Source of the DNA: an uncultured virus (IMG/VR IMGVR_UViG_3300037067_011978)
Taxonomy: Duplodnaviria > Heunggongvirae > Uroviricota > Caudoviricetes
Virus record (IMG/VR): IMGVR_UViG_3300037067_011978
DNA: 64,000 nucleotides
Reading direction: 5' to 3' (one strand)
The notes below the pieces were generated by a model. It made no database searches. It was given only the letters and a program-made list of their open reading frames with translations, and was not told the DNA's origin. Below, piece after piece: positions 53,101 to 63,963 of this stretch (its first letter is position 1; each line of letters starts with the position of its first letter). A program made the translations under genes and the position numbers.

Positions 53101-54252
53101 ATGAAAAAGAGTAATTCGCTAAAGGATCGGCTAAAGAAGTCGTATGAGTCAAAGGATCGCGGGGCAGGCACTAGGCCATCTGCAATGAATTGGAAGCTTG
53201 TGGAGGATATTAAGTTTTATAAGCCCAAGGAAGGCAAGAATAAGATTGATATTATCCCCTATGTAATCAAAACGAAAAATGATCCTCTTGTTAAGACTGG
53301 CGATGCAAAAGTTGGCGATCAGTCTTATATGCTTGATCTTTGGATTCATTCAAACATCGGCCCAACGCAAGCCCAAATTATTTGCAATAAAGAAAATTTC
53401 AATAAGCCTTGCCCGATTTGCGAACAGCGTCAACAATTTTATAATGAAGGTAAAAAGAATGAAGCTGGTGCATTAAAAGCAAAGCGTCAATGTTTTTACA
53501 ATGTTAGGGAATATGAAAAAGTTGTAAAGGATAAAAAGGAAACTTGGGCTCCTTCTGATGAAATTACAATTTTTAATATTTCTCATTTCTTATTTGAAAA
53601 GGAATTGATAGAGGAAGCCAAGGCGAGCTCTGATGATGGCGGAATAATTGATTTCGTCGATATTGATGAAGGAAAATCAATTATTTTTAGGGCGGCAAAA
53701 ACTGAATCCGTTATTAATGAAAAATCAGTTAATTTCCTAGAATATAAATCTTTTAGTTTTGTCGATAGAAAAAATGCTATTGATGAATCATGGTTAGAGA
53801 AAGCAGTTAGTTTTGATGAATTAATGATTTTAAATACTTATGATGAAGCTAAGAAAATATTATTTGGTGATGAAGATGATGATTCTGATAATGATGATGA
53901 AGAAGATGATGAAGATGAAAAGCCGGTAAAAAGTAAAACTAAAAAACCAATGATTGAAGATTCTGATAATGATGATGAAGATTCTGATGATGATACCAAT
54001 GATAACGAGGATGAAGATTCTGATGATGAAGAGGATGAAGATTCTGATGATGAAGAGGATGATGATGAACCAACACCAAAGGCTAAGGCAAAGCCAATAG
54101 CTAAGAAAGTTACAATTGGCAAACCTGTTACTGTTTTAAAATGTCCTCACAAGCATAAATTTGGAATTGATTGTGAAAAGAAAGAGGAATGTGATGATTG
54201 TGATGATTGGGCTGATTGCAAGAAGGAAAACAGAAAACTAAAGGCAAAGTAA
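53101..54252 (+). CDS. single-stranded DNA-binding protein (gp32-like)
   Basis: FYKPKEGKNKIDIIPY, H..., C...CPIC, FYNV, long acidic tract, Cys-rich C-terminus. Confidence 0.75.
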   Translation: MKKSNSLKDRLKKSYESKDRGAGTRPSAMNWKLVEDIKFYKPKEGKNKIDIIPYVIKTKNDPLVKTGDAKVGDQSYMLDLWIHSNIGPTQAQIICNKENFNKPCPICEQRQQFYNEGKKNEAGALKAKRQCFYNVREYEKVVKDKKETWAPSDEITIFNISHFLFEKELIEEAKASSDDGGIIDFVDIDEGKSIIFRAAKTESVINEKSVNFLEYKSFSFVDRKNAIDESWLEKAVSFDELMILNTYDEAKKILFGDEDDDSDNDDEEDDEDEKPVKSKTKKPMIEDSDNDDEDSDDDTNDNEDEDSDDEEDEDSDDEEDDDEPTPKAKAKPIAKKVTIGKPVTVLKCPHKHKFGIDCEKKEECDDCDDWADCKKENRKLKAK

Positions 54253-54259
54253 CAATCTG

Positions 54260-54319
54260 CCCGGAAGGTATGGTAAGAAACATTACTATATACAAAAATA
54301 TAGACCTTCCGGGTTTTTT
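54260..54319 (+). terminator. terminator-like hairpin with structured loop
   Basis: CCCGGAAGGT/ACCTTCCGGG plus T-tract. Confidence 0.65.
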
Positions 54320-54750
54320 AAGGAGAAAATAATTGAACATAAATACCGGGGAAATAATAGATAATGTTGAATATATGAGATTATTAAAAAAAGATAATTT
54401 TGTAGAAATAGATAGTGACGAAATGACTAATAAACAAAAAGAAAAAAAGCAAGTTTCGTTAAAAGATCATACTTCAAGACTCGGCAAAAAATTAACAAAC
54501 ATTAGATCAATAAAAGGTTTAACTAAAAATCAATTACGCAATTTAAAGAAGAAAGGTTTTATTAGATAAACAAAGGAGAAAATAATGGGATTAAAAGAAG
54601 ATATTGAATATTTATTAAATTCATATTCAAGAAATAATAACAGTATTACACCTGATTTTATTTTAGCGGATTATATTGAAAATTCTTTACAAGCTTTTGA
54701 AAAAGCAACTAGACAAAGGGATATTTGGAATAAATCGTTTAAGGAAAATA

Positions 54751-55866
54751 ATGAATAAAGAAACTACAAATATAGAAAAAACTATATTAACTAAAAAAGT
54801 TAAAAAACTTTCTCCTAATAGATATTTAACAGGTTCTGAATTACTGGATATTCAAGTTGGTGGCGGCGAAGGGGCTGGATATCCATTAGGCAAAATAATA
54901 AATCTGGTCGGGGATAAAAGTTCAGGAAAGACATTTTTAGCTTGTGAAATAGTGGCATCAGCACATTATCGATATTTAGATAAATTAAAATGGATATATG
55001 ATGATTGTGAATCAGGATTTTCTTTCAATACCAAAAAATTATATGGTTTTGAAATAATGCCTTTAGATAATTCTAAAAGGACAAAATCAAAAACAGTTGA
55101 AGATTTGTATTGTAATGTTAGAATTTTTTTAGAATCATTAAAGGATAATGAGTTTGGTATTTATGTAATTGACTCGTTGGATGGTCTTGATAGTATTGAA
55201 GGAAAAAAGATAGCAGATCAACAATATAAAAGATTTATTGAAGAATTAAAAAAGAAAAATAAAAAAGTAACGCAACAAGATAAGGAAAAAATAGAGAAAA
55301 AGGTTGCCGGATCTTATCGAATGGGGAAACCAAAATATCTATCAAATACTTTTTTCCCACAATTAACAGATTTAACAGAAAGGAAAAATGCCTTAGTAGT
55401 TGTTATTTCTCAAATTAGATACAATATTACTCCAGGTAGTTTTGAAAAATATACTCGATCTGGTGGAAAGGCAATGGATTTTTATGCTCATACTGTTTTG
55501 TGGCTTGCCAATATAAATAAAATATTAAATAAAGGAATACCTATTGGCATTACGGTAAAGGCTAAAAACACTAAATCAAAAACACCTAGACCTTATAGAA
55601 GTTGTTTTATCAAGTTATATTTTGAATACGGTCTTGATGATATTACTACCAATATTGATTATCTCTATGATTTTTTGACTCCACAAGGAAAGCTAGTAAA
55701 GAATCCTCGCGGAAATTGGGATGATAAGTCAATGTCTAGGAATGAGCTTGTAAAATATATTGAAGAAAATAATGTATCAAAAGAACTAAAGAAAAAGGTA
55801 AAGGATAAATGGGAAGAGATAGAGAACAGCGTCAAGCTAAATAGGAAGCCAAAATATGAAAATTAA
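54751..55866 (+). CDS. recA: RecA/UvsX-like recombinase
   Basis: TGSELLD, GYPLGKI, GDKSSGKT, VIDSLD, ISQIR, SGGKAMDFYA; start moved to the ATG after AAGGA. Confidence 0.88.
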   Translation: MNKETTNIEKTILTKKVKKLSPNRYLTGSELLDIQVGGGEGAGYPLGKIINLVGDKSSGKTFLACEIVASAHYRYLDKLKWIYDDCESGFSFNTKKLYGFEIMPLDNSKRTKSKTVEDLYCNVRIFLESLKDNEFGIYVIDSLDGLDSIEGKKIADQQYKRFIEELKKKNKKVTQQDKEKIEKKVAGSYRMGKPKYLSNTFFPQLTDLTERKNALVVVISQIRYNITPGSFEKYTRSGGKAMDFYAHTVLWLANINKILNKGIPIGITVKAKNTKSKTPRPYRSCFIKLYFEYGLDDITTNIDYLYDFLTPQGKLVKNPRGNWDDKSMSRNELVKYIEENNVSKELKKKVKDKWEEIENSVKLNRKPKYEN

Positions 55867-56518
55867 AAGACGTAAATATGCTAGATGGTCAAATGGAATT
55901 GGATTAGTTTTGCCCACAATTATGGTTTATGGATTTGGTAAATTACTAGGAACTAAATACAATAATTTAGAATATATTTGGTGGATTACTATTTCAGTAT
56001 TAATTTTAATATATCTATGTATTCAATTTGAGATTACTAATGACTAAAAAAGTAGAAAGCCTCATCAAGGATTTAGGACTGACAAAAGCACAATTATATT
56101 CAGTATGGAAGGAATATAATCTATTGTCAAGTGAAGTCGGCAAGGCAAATGCCATTAGCGAAATGATATTATCTGTTGAAGGAATAAATTATGATGCGTT
56201 TAAATATTTTATAGTATTAGGATTTGAAAGTATAAACAAAGAATATTTCAAGGAGATAGAAAATGAAAAATAATTACGTTCATAGATTCTCATTTTATTT
56301 AAGACCAATTTACAAATTAACCGTTTTTATTCAATGGGTATTATGGAAAAATAATATTCATTGGCATAATTCTATTTTCAATGAATGTACTCCTGATTTT
56401 TCTTGCTGTATTAATAAATATCCAGTAGGAAGTAATGAACGATTTATTTTAGGACAAATTGCTAATGGGGCTATGCATAAAGAACCAATTATTCATATTA
56501 ATTTACCATTAGATAAAA

Positions 56519-56905
56519 TTGAATAAACCTAAAAAACCTCCTAAGCTAAAAACATTAAAAAATAAGCTAGACAAAACTTTCAATCTATATATTCGCCTGC
56601 GTGATAAAAAATGTATATTATCTAAAAAGAAAGATCATCTGCAATGTTCGCATTATTATGATTATATGCAAACGCCTAGTCTAAGATGGGATGAGCGGAA
56701 TGCCCATGCGATGACAAACAGAATCCATTATAAGCATCATCATGGCAAGGCGGCTGATTATGCCCATTTTATGTATGAAAAATATGGAATGGAGAAGATG
56801 CATCAATTATATTTAGACAACAAAAAGCCATTTATTGCCACTAGAGAATTTTATATAGAAAAGATTAGATACTTCCAAAACAAAATAGATAGATTAAAAC
56901 GATAA
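56519..56905 (+). CDS. NinG/Rap-like recombination nuclease
   Basis: LDKTFNLYIRLRD..C, QCSHY, LRWDERNAH. Confidence 0.75.
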   Translation: MNKPKKPPKLKTLKNKLDKTFNLYIRLRDKKCILSKKKDHLQCSHYYDYMQTPSLRWDERNAHAMTNRIHYKHHHGKAADYAHFMYEKYGMEKMHQLYLDNKKPFIATREFYIEKIRYFQNKIDRLKR

Positions 56906-56940
56906 AAAATTATAGATATAATGATCGATTAAGGTTAAAA

Positions 56941-57067
56941 CTACTTAACATTTATATAGTAGTTTTAATCTTTTTTATATAAAATCGGCTAAATAATTGT
57001 TTTTAATCCTTTACAAAAACTATTTATATGATATAATGTTATTAAGGTTGATTGATAGGAGGAAGAT
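56941..57067 (+). promoter_or_regulatory. operator-like site plus early promoter (paralogue of 23298-23426)
   Basis: CTACTTAACATTTATATAGTAG ... TATAAAATCGGCTAAATAATTGTTTTTAATCCTTTACA-N16-TATAAT ... TTGATTGATAGGAGG. Confidence 0.8.
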
Positions 57068-57241
57068 ATGATTATTAGTAGGGAAATGAGAGAAAAGGCC
57101 GAAAAGATTGCCAATATGGATTTTTCTGAAAAGAAGCAAGATAATAGCTGGTACGGGAAAAGACTTAGGGCTGAGATTCGTCAAGCAGAAGCCGATCATG
57201 CTGAGTCTCGGGCCATGAATGATTATTTAGAAAATGAATAA
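57068..57241 (+). CDS. small early protein (not in ORF track)
   Basis: 57-aa ORF MIISREMREKAEKIA... after AGGAGG. Confidence 0.7.
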   Translation: MIISREMREKAEKIANMDFSEKKQDNSWYGKRLRAEIRQAEADHAESRAMNDYLENE

Positions 57242-57283
57242 CATGCAAAAACTGATAGCAGATATCCGAGCCGCCGCGCATAA

Positions 57284-57487
57284 TATCCCGAATGGCACTT
57301 TCCCATCCGTGTTCCGCAGAATAAAATGTTCGTCGTCATATTGATGTTGCGTCATTTCCAAAAAAACATAGCCCCAGACTCCGGATGGCCGGGGCGATTA
57401 GAGTCGCTTATCGCCGAATTCCCCGAGCTTCCGATCAGTTGGATGGGTTTTCCAGAAAAATGGAAGGAACATATCCTTTGGCGATAA
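57284..57487 (+). pseudogene. 3' fragment of an Abi_2 (AbiD/AbiF-like) family gene
   Basis: Translates to YPEWHFPIRVPQNKMFVVILMLRHFQKNIAPDSGWPGRLESLIAEFPELPISWMGFPEKWKEHILWR*; in-frame TAA immediately upstream; raised GC. Confidence 0.72.
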
Positions 57488-57772
57488 ATAAATCCGAGCT
57501 TTCCCGAAAACTTTTCCAACTCCCCTCAGAAGGGCGGTCGTTAACAAGTCAAATCCCTGTAAAGCTCCCAGCGATCAGGAACCTCCAGTGTAGCCGAGCG
57601 CAGGATGAAGTGGATGAAAAAAGGAATGAAATAATTAGGGGAATTGAGGTAGAGCTGAATGTCATATTATCTCTAGAAAATCTATTCTTGATCCATTGGA
57701 TTTTATGCTAAAATTAAATTCATAAGGCTATTATGTCTTTTTGTATTATCTTTTTCTAGAGAGGGGAGTGCC

Positions 57773-59176
57773 ATGAAATTCAAGTTTAGTAGTTTAGGTC
57801 CTCTAGATGAGGCTGAAGTAGATTTAGCAAAGCTGACAATAATTTGTGGAAAGAATAATACAGGTAAAACTTATGTTTCATATACAATTTATGGCTTTTT
57901 CGCTAATTGGTATCGAATTGCAAATATAAAGGTTAACACAGCCGACTTTCGTCGACTTCTAGAACAAGGAAGTATTGGAATTGATTTAGAAGATAAAGTT
58001 GCCAATAAATGGATGGATTCAAAAGAAAAATTCGAGATGCGTTGGCAAGAATCTCTTCCAGATATTCTTGCCGCCCCTCCAGCGCGTTTTACTAATACAA
58101 AACTAACATTTGATTTTAGTCTTGACTCGGCCTGGATTGAACGTCCATATACAAAAGAATTTATGAGTGAAAGTGGTAAAGTAATACTATCAGCAAATAA
58201 ACCAGCCAATTGCAAAACAATGGAGCTCGTAGCAATAAAGGATGAAACCGACGATCGTAGTCCTAGATTTATTTTAGAAAGCATGGTTTCTCAAACCCTA
58301 ATGGAGGCAGTTTTTTCACCTTACATTCCGAATGTATTTATGGTTAGCTCTGAAAGAACGGGGGCGGTTACATTTAAAGAAGAATTGAATCTTACAAAAA
58401 ATAGACTAGTTAGTTTTTTATCTAAAACCGATGTGGGGAAAGAATCATTCAATATGGAAGGTCTCTTTAATGCAGTATATAAACATGGATATCCTATTCC
58501 CGTAGAGCATAATGTAATCTATGTTAATCGTTTTGCATCTCTTGAAAGTCGAAGTGGTTCGTTAATAATTGAAAGACCAGATATTCTTGAATACTTTGAA
58601 TCGATTACCGGAGGTCGATATGAGACAAATAAAGATGGAGTAACACATTTCGTACCAATTGGTACAAAAGTCAAGCTTCAGTTAAGTGAAGCATCAAGCT
58701 CTGCTCGTAGCTTAGTCCTATTATGGTATTGGTTAAATTTCGAGGCAACAAATGATTCTATACTAATTATTGATGAGCCTGAAATGAACCTTCACCCCGA
58801 GAATCAAAGAGCTTTTGCACGATTTATTGCTCTATTAACTAATGCTGGTGTTTCAGTATTCATTACGACACATAGTGATACTATTGTAAGGGAAATTAAT
58901 ACCCTCCTTATGTTATCAAGAAATTCAAGTCATTTCAGGGAAATAATGGATAAATATAATTATAAGAAAGAAGAGCTTCTATCCTTATCAGATGTAAGGT
59001 TATATGTCGCGAATGGCAAGCAACGCACTTTATTAAATCGGGTAAAAAAAGGTTCAAAGGCTTGCTTGATAGAAATTAAGCCGACAGAGTCCATGGGACT
59101 TACTGCAGATATTTTCGATGAAACAATCGAAACTATGTCATCAATCCAAGATGCCATTCGATACGGAGCCGAATAG
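57773..59176 (+). CDS. ABC/AAA ATPase of the defence-associated AAA_15/AAA_21 type
   Basis: LTIICGKNNTGKT, LSEASSS signature, IIDEPEMNLHP, ITTHS. Confidence 0.88.
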   Translation: MKFKFSSLGPLDEAEVDLAKLTIICGKNNTGKTYVSYTIYGFFANWYRIANIKVNTADFRRLLEQGSIGIDLEDKVANKWMDSKEKFEMRWQESLPDILAAPPARFTNTKLTFDFSLDSAWIERPYTKEFMSESGKVILSANKPANCKTMELVAIKDETDDRSPRFILESMVSQTLMEAVFSPYIPNVFMVSSERTGAVTFKEELNLTKNRLVSFLSKTDVGKESFNMEGLFNAVYKHGYPIPVEHNVIYVNRFASLESRSGSLIIERPDILEYFESITGGRYETNKDGVTHFVPIGTKVKLQLSEASSSARSLVLLWYWLNFEATNDSILIIDEPEMNLHPENQRAFARFIALLTNAGVSVFITTHSDTIVREINTLLMLSRNSSHFREIMDKYNYKKEELLSLSDVRLYVANGKQRTLLNRVKKGSKACLIEIKPTESMGLTADIFDETIETMSSIQDAIRYGAE

Positions 59177-59269
59177 ATGCCACAATTAAATCCTACAGAT
59201 CTTGAAAACATACTAGAAAAATGTATTATCAGTAAACCTAAAGGTGGCATATTGGTTGTTAAATCATAA
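59177..59269 (+). pseudogene. probable truncated 5' end of the ATPase partner gene
   Basis: ATG abuts the ATPase stop; the ORF ends after 30 aa. Confidence 0.45.
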
Positions 59270-59852
59270 ATATATTTATATAGGTAATGGTTCTCCAATG
59301 ATGGAATCTTTTAAAAGACATATTACAAAAGAAATAATTAAACATGAATAACATGAAAAAACTAAATCCTGATATCCATTACGTAAATAAATCTAAAACA
59401 AAACACTATTACAATAATTTAATTATGACTAATGATGAATGGTCAAAATATATCCATGGGGAATTTATCCAAGGGTATAAACAAATATATGCGAATGACA
59501 AACATAAAAAAGCTACAAAATTATGTGAGCGATGGTATAATCAAGACGATCATAAAACGGCAATTGCAAAACATTGCCCGAATGCTCCGATATATAAAAA
59601 CGATCTTTACCCAATGTTTGTTTGCGGATTTTGCGCTAGGGCAATTTCTAAAATAAACCCTAATGCAAGTTTTTCTAAGATAAAGGAGAAAGACAAATGA
59701 TCGAATGGATTAAGGAAAGAATTGAACAAGCTGAAAATAATCTAAAATATGCCGAAACAGAAAGCGAAAAAGCATATGTTCATGGACAATTATATGAATT
59801 AAAAGATATTTTAGAAGCGTTGAAATCTCAGTAAACAGGGTGAAACATTTTA

Positions 59853-60223
59853 TACTGAATAGCGGGAAATAAGGAGGAATGAAAATGTACGATCTTATTT
59901 ATGGTGACTCTGAAATTGAAACTGAAGTAAGGGAAATGTTTAAGGATTATCCAAAACTAAAAATAGAAGATGCCCAAGATGAAGTACACGAAGAAAGGTT
60001 TTCTATAGAACTTGAAATCGAGGATAAGGACTATTACAAACAAATGATGATTCATGGGTTACATGGGTTTTCATTATCAATGGGATTAATGGCTGGAGAT
60101 GAGGATAAAAAGAAATTAATAAAAGAATTAATTACAGAATTGAGAATAAGCAATCCTGAAATATTCGTAAAATGAAACTAGAAAAGCCTACTGAATTGCA
60201 TGGAATAAGGAGGAATGAAAATG
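59853..60223 (+). repeat. 35-bp leader repeat (two copies)
   Basis: TACTGAAT-N7-AATAAGGAGGAATGAAAATG at 59853-59887 and 60189-60223. Confidence 0.8.
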
Positions 60224-60609
60224 AAAAAGAAAACCAAGGTAATTTATTCTGGATTAGTAAGAAAAGATATAGAAGGACAATGGGATGATGTTGCTAGGGG
60301 TATTTGGATTGGTGAAGATTGTTTAGGTGAAACTACTGCCGATTTTCTTTGGTATGATTATAAAGGGAAGAATATAAAAATAACTATTGAAGAATTGGAT
60401 TAAAATGAAGCTAGAAAAAGTTTGCATTATAGTGAGGTATATATGAAAGAAAAATACCGAATGGTAGGAACTAAAATAACTTCAATTAGAAAAGGATATG
60501 AATGTCAAGGAATAATCGTAGCTTCATTTGTAAATCATGATTATGAAATAAAACCAATAATAGGTTCTAAAATAAAAGATAATTTTATAGTACATATTGA
60601 TGAAATTAA

Positions 60610-61002
60610 ATGAAATTAGAAAAAGTCTATCAAAAATTGATTGATACTCTTTCGCCTACCATTGATTCTACAAAAAAGTATTGGGTAATAGCCGCATCCT
60701 TGGATCATCATAATAATATCATTTCGATAGGCGAAAATAGCTACCAGAAAACTCATCCCATGCAAAGTCGTTTAGCAATAAAAACAGGGAATAGAACAAA
60801 AGAATATCTACATGCTGAAATTGCTTCATTAGTAAAAAACAATAAAAAGCCTGAAAGTATTGTTATAATAAGAATGATAAATAACGGTAAAGTGAAAATG
60901 GCCAAACCGTGTCAAGTATGTATGCTAGCGATAAAAGAAGCAAAGATAAAGTATATTTATTATACAAATGATAATTCTGAAATTATTAAGGAGAAAATAT
61001 GA
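60610..61002 (+). CDS. CMP/dCMP-type zinc deaminase
   Basis: LHAEIA...AKPCQVC. Confidence 0.8.
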   Translation: MKLEKVYQKLIDTLSPTIDSTKKYWVIAASLDHHNNIISIGENSYQKTHPMQSRLAIKTGNRTKEYLHAEIASLVKNNKKPESIVIIRMINNGKVKMAKPCQVCMLAIKEAKIKYIYYTNDNSEIIKEKI

Positions 61003-62125
61003 AATTATTAAGATGTAATGATTGTAAAGATATTTTTTCTTTGTCATCAAGAGAAGAAAAAACTTGTTTTTGCGAAAGATCAAAAGGAAAATATTTAGAT
61101 AGTTTAAATGCTGTTTATTCTGGACCTTGTACCCCATTAGGATTTGATAATATGAGTTTTAATCATGCAATAATGAACCAAAAAGAAAAAGGAAATGGAA
61201 CAGAATTTAAAGCATTTATAATTCCCAAAAATTGCAGTACGTTTATTAAGGAGGATATATGAAAGTAGAAATTGAAATTGATGAAGATTTGATAAAAAGA
61301 ACTATTATTGATTTATCTAAAAAACAAATAACTTCATATTTAAATGATTATACTGTTGAAAGGAATATAAGAAATAAAATTGATGAATATGGGAAAGATA
61401 TAATTGAAGAAATAATTAAAGAAGAACTTAAAAATATTCCTGCAATACGGGAAGTTGTAAAATTAAAGCTTGAAAATAAAATAAGAATGCAATTAACTAA
61501 AATAATGAATGAGGTTGAATAATGAATAAGGAAACTATAAAAGAAAATTTAGGAAATTCTGGTTTAATTCTTATTGTGTTAGCAATATTGATTGGATCAG
61601 GAATTGGTTATGTAATTAACGATCAAGCAAAACCGGCTAGACCAGAAGCACAATGGATTTCTCCTAATGAAAAAATGCCTGAATTAGATAAAACTATTTT
61701 TGGTTTATATCGAGTCAAAAAACAGGGCAACAGCAAAATGATAGTAAATAGTTTTTATAAAGGAAACGATTGTGAAAAATATTTAGAAGCTGTTAACATA
61801 AAATGCACAAAAATGGATTGGGGAGTTGGAAAAACAGAATTGTATTGGGTATTTGATGAAACAGAAGATATCGCACTAGAAAATTTAGGTCCACCTATTA
61901 GATGGAGTGAATTACCAATTTTGCATGACAGAATATTGGAGTAATATCATGGGGCCAATTTTTAATTGTATGGGAAATAATAAGTTTAAAGAATATTGTA
62001 AAAAATGTATTAGATATCCTACAAATAAAAAAGATGAATTAAATGATAATTGGTTAAAGCATGAAAATATGATAAGTGTTAATGGCAAATGCAGAGCGTT
62101 TATTGAAAGATAATAAGGAGGAATC

Positions 62126-62797
62126 ATGGTAACGCGCGAGCAGTATGACAACGCGGTAAAGATTAGGGATAATGGGTATAGGTGTAGCGATTTGGGGCCT
62201 AATGGGCTTTCTTGTTGTAAGAGTCAATGCTTTGACTCTATTTCTTTTAATTGTGGAAGCAGCTCCGAACCAAATGGACGCCGAAAACAAGTAGTCGATG
62301 ACCGCATCTCCACCTACGAAACCGAGCATCCCGAGGATTTCGGCCCCGGCGAGGGGTGGCGATGGCTGAAACCTGAGGCAGATATCCTATGCAAAGGGGA
62401 TGAGAACTATTTCAGATCGGTTGAGTTTAGGCCGATAAATCCAGAGTTATTCGGCCAGATTGTCAAGCTCCAAAATGGCTTCCGTCGCCGCATCTCAAAG
62501 CCTCGCATATACACCTATGAGGACGTAAACCTACCCGAGGTTCAAGCGTTAGTGGGGAAAATGGTTTATGTGTGCGATTGTTACCGAAAGATAAACGAAG
62601 AACCAGAAAACCAAGTAATATTGTATGAAATAAAGGTAGATAAATGGCACCCATTTATTGATAAATCGAGGAACTGGTGGCAATTCATCCGCGCGATTGA
62701 TCCTATCCGCCTCACCCGTGCCGAGCTTATCGCCATAGCTGCCAAGGCTCGCGGCGTCAACCCTGAACAGATCGTAGTGGAGGATGAATCGAAATGA
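62126..62797 (+). CDS. hypothetical protein, elevated GC
   Basis: 223 aa with AAGGAGG RBS; Cys-rich N-terminus. Confidence 0.65.
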   Translation: MVTREQYDNAVKIRDNGYRCSDLGPNGLSCCKSQCFDSISFNCGSSSEPNGRRKQVVDDRISTYETEHPEDFGPGEGWRWLKPEADILCKGDENYFRSVEFRPINPELFGQIVKLQNGFRRRISKPRIYTYEDVNLPEVQALVGKMVYVCDCYRKINEEPENQVILYEIKVDKWHPFIDKSRNWWQFIRAIDPIRLTRAELIAIAAKARGVNPEQIVVEDESK

Positions 62798-63443
62798 TTT
62801 GTGAAACATGCGGAAACCTTATCGAGGATTGCGAATGTGAACGAGATGAAGATCAAGGTCCATTATCAGACGATATAGGAGAAACTGATTATGACGGGGA
62901 TGGTATCTAGCCGCCCAGCGCTCAACCCTAGAGGCGGCGGAGAGATTTTGCAGAATTTGTCCGGTTCCGATAGATGATTGTCAATGCCCTACACGGTTCA
63001 ACATCGAAACAGAATGCGATTATTACCAGGCCATCCTCGAACCGATCAAGGAGTAAATATGAAATTAACAAATGAACAGTCAAATCTAAAAGATAATATT
63101 CAAGAAGATTTAGTAAAAATAACTTATTTAGAGGAGAAAATAAAAGCAAATAAAAAACATATTAAAAATATTGTATCAAGGATAAATAATATTTTTACTG
63201 CATTGAATACTATAAGGGGCTATCTATGAAATGTATTTGCGGATATGATGAAAACGATGAATTTAGATGGTTTTCTCACCCTTCACATATAGAAAAGGAT
63301 TTGCCAAAATTTAAAAGAATAGATGGAAGATTTTTTGTTGGTGATGAAAAAGAAATTGAACTTTTTATGTGCCCAAAATGTGGGACTATTCAAGGCAGAT
63401 AGTTAATCATCTTTTAACTTCCTATAATAAAAATACTAACGCT

Positions 63444-63479
63444 ATGAGGCTTTATACAAGAAAAGGTATAAAGCCTCAT
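63444..63479. terminator. hairpin between convergent transcription units
   Basis: ATGAGGCTTTATAC/GTATAAAGCCTCAT 14-bp stem. Confidence 0.75.
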
Positions 63480-63483
63480 TTCT

Positions 63484-63963
63484 TTATAACAAACCCCTTA
63501 AAATCGTGTTTTGAAGCCATATCCACAAACCTTCAAGGACCATTATCGATCCCGTTATTCCCGCTATCCATATTAATGCTTTTTGTACCTTCAATGATTT
63601 CTGATAATTCTTGTTCAATGTCAAATATAATTTTTCCTGCTTCGTCGTTTCCAGTTGTAAGCTTTCGATATATTTCTGTTTCTCTTCTATATCTATCTTC
63701 AAGCTTTTTATAATCAAGCTCAAATCGTCTTGCACTTTCTGATTTGATTCTTTCAAGCTCGATAATTCTTTTTCTTTCAATTGCAATTCCATCGTTAAGC
63801 TTTCCAATAATATCGTTTGATTGCTTAATAGAGTTTTCATATTTGAAACTTTCAATTGAATACTTATCAGTTTCGATTTTGAAACAAGTATAGAATCCTC
63901 CGAAAAAAGTAATGAGTAAAACGATGATACCAATACTAATATATATAAGTATTTTTTTATCAT
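63484..63963 (-). CDS. exported coiled-coil protein with C-terminal hydrophobic anchor (spanin-like partner)
   Basis: Signal-like N-terminus, heptad-rich middle, ALIWIAGITGSIMVL segment; overlaps the next ORF in another frame. Confidence 0.55.
   Translation of the reverse strand: MIKKYLYILVLVSSFYSLLFSEDSILVSKSKLISIQLKVSNMKTLLSNQTILLESLTMELQLKEKELSSLKESNQKVQDDLSLIIKSLKIDIEEKQKYIESLQLETTKQEKLYLTLNKNYQKSLKVQKALIWIAGITGSIMVLEGLWIWLQNTILRGLL

Noticed and set aside
50455..54122. Long antisense ORFs (50455-50988, 51215-51859, 53838-54122 and similar ones elsewhere)
   Set aside because: They are shadows of real genes or low-complexity codon runs; Ser/Phe/Ile-rich and lacking RBS
54676..54750. N-terminal extension of RecA from the TTG at 54676
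   Set aside because: It overlaps an upstream small ORF; the ATG at 54751 has the RBS
57385..57711. 108-aa ORF from the track
   Set aside because: It overlaps the Abi-like fragment in another frame, has no clear RBS and no recognisable motif
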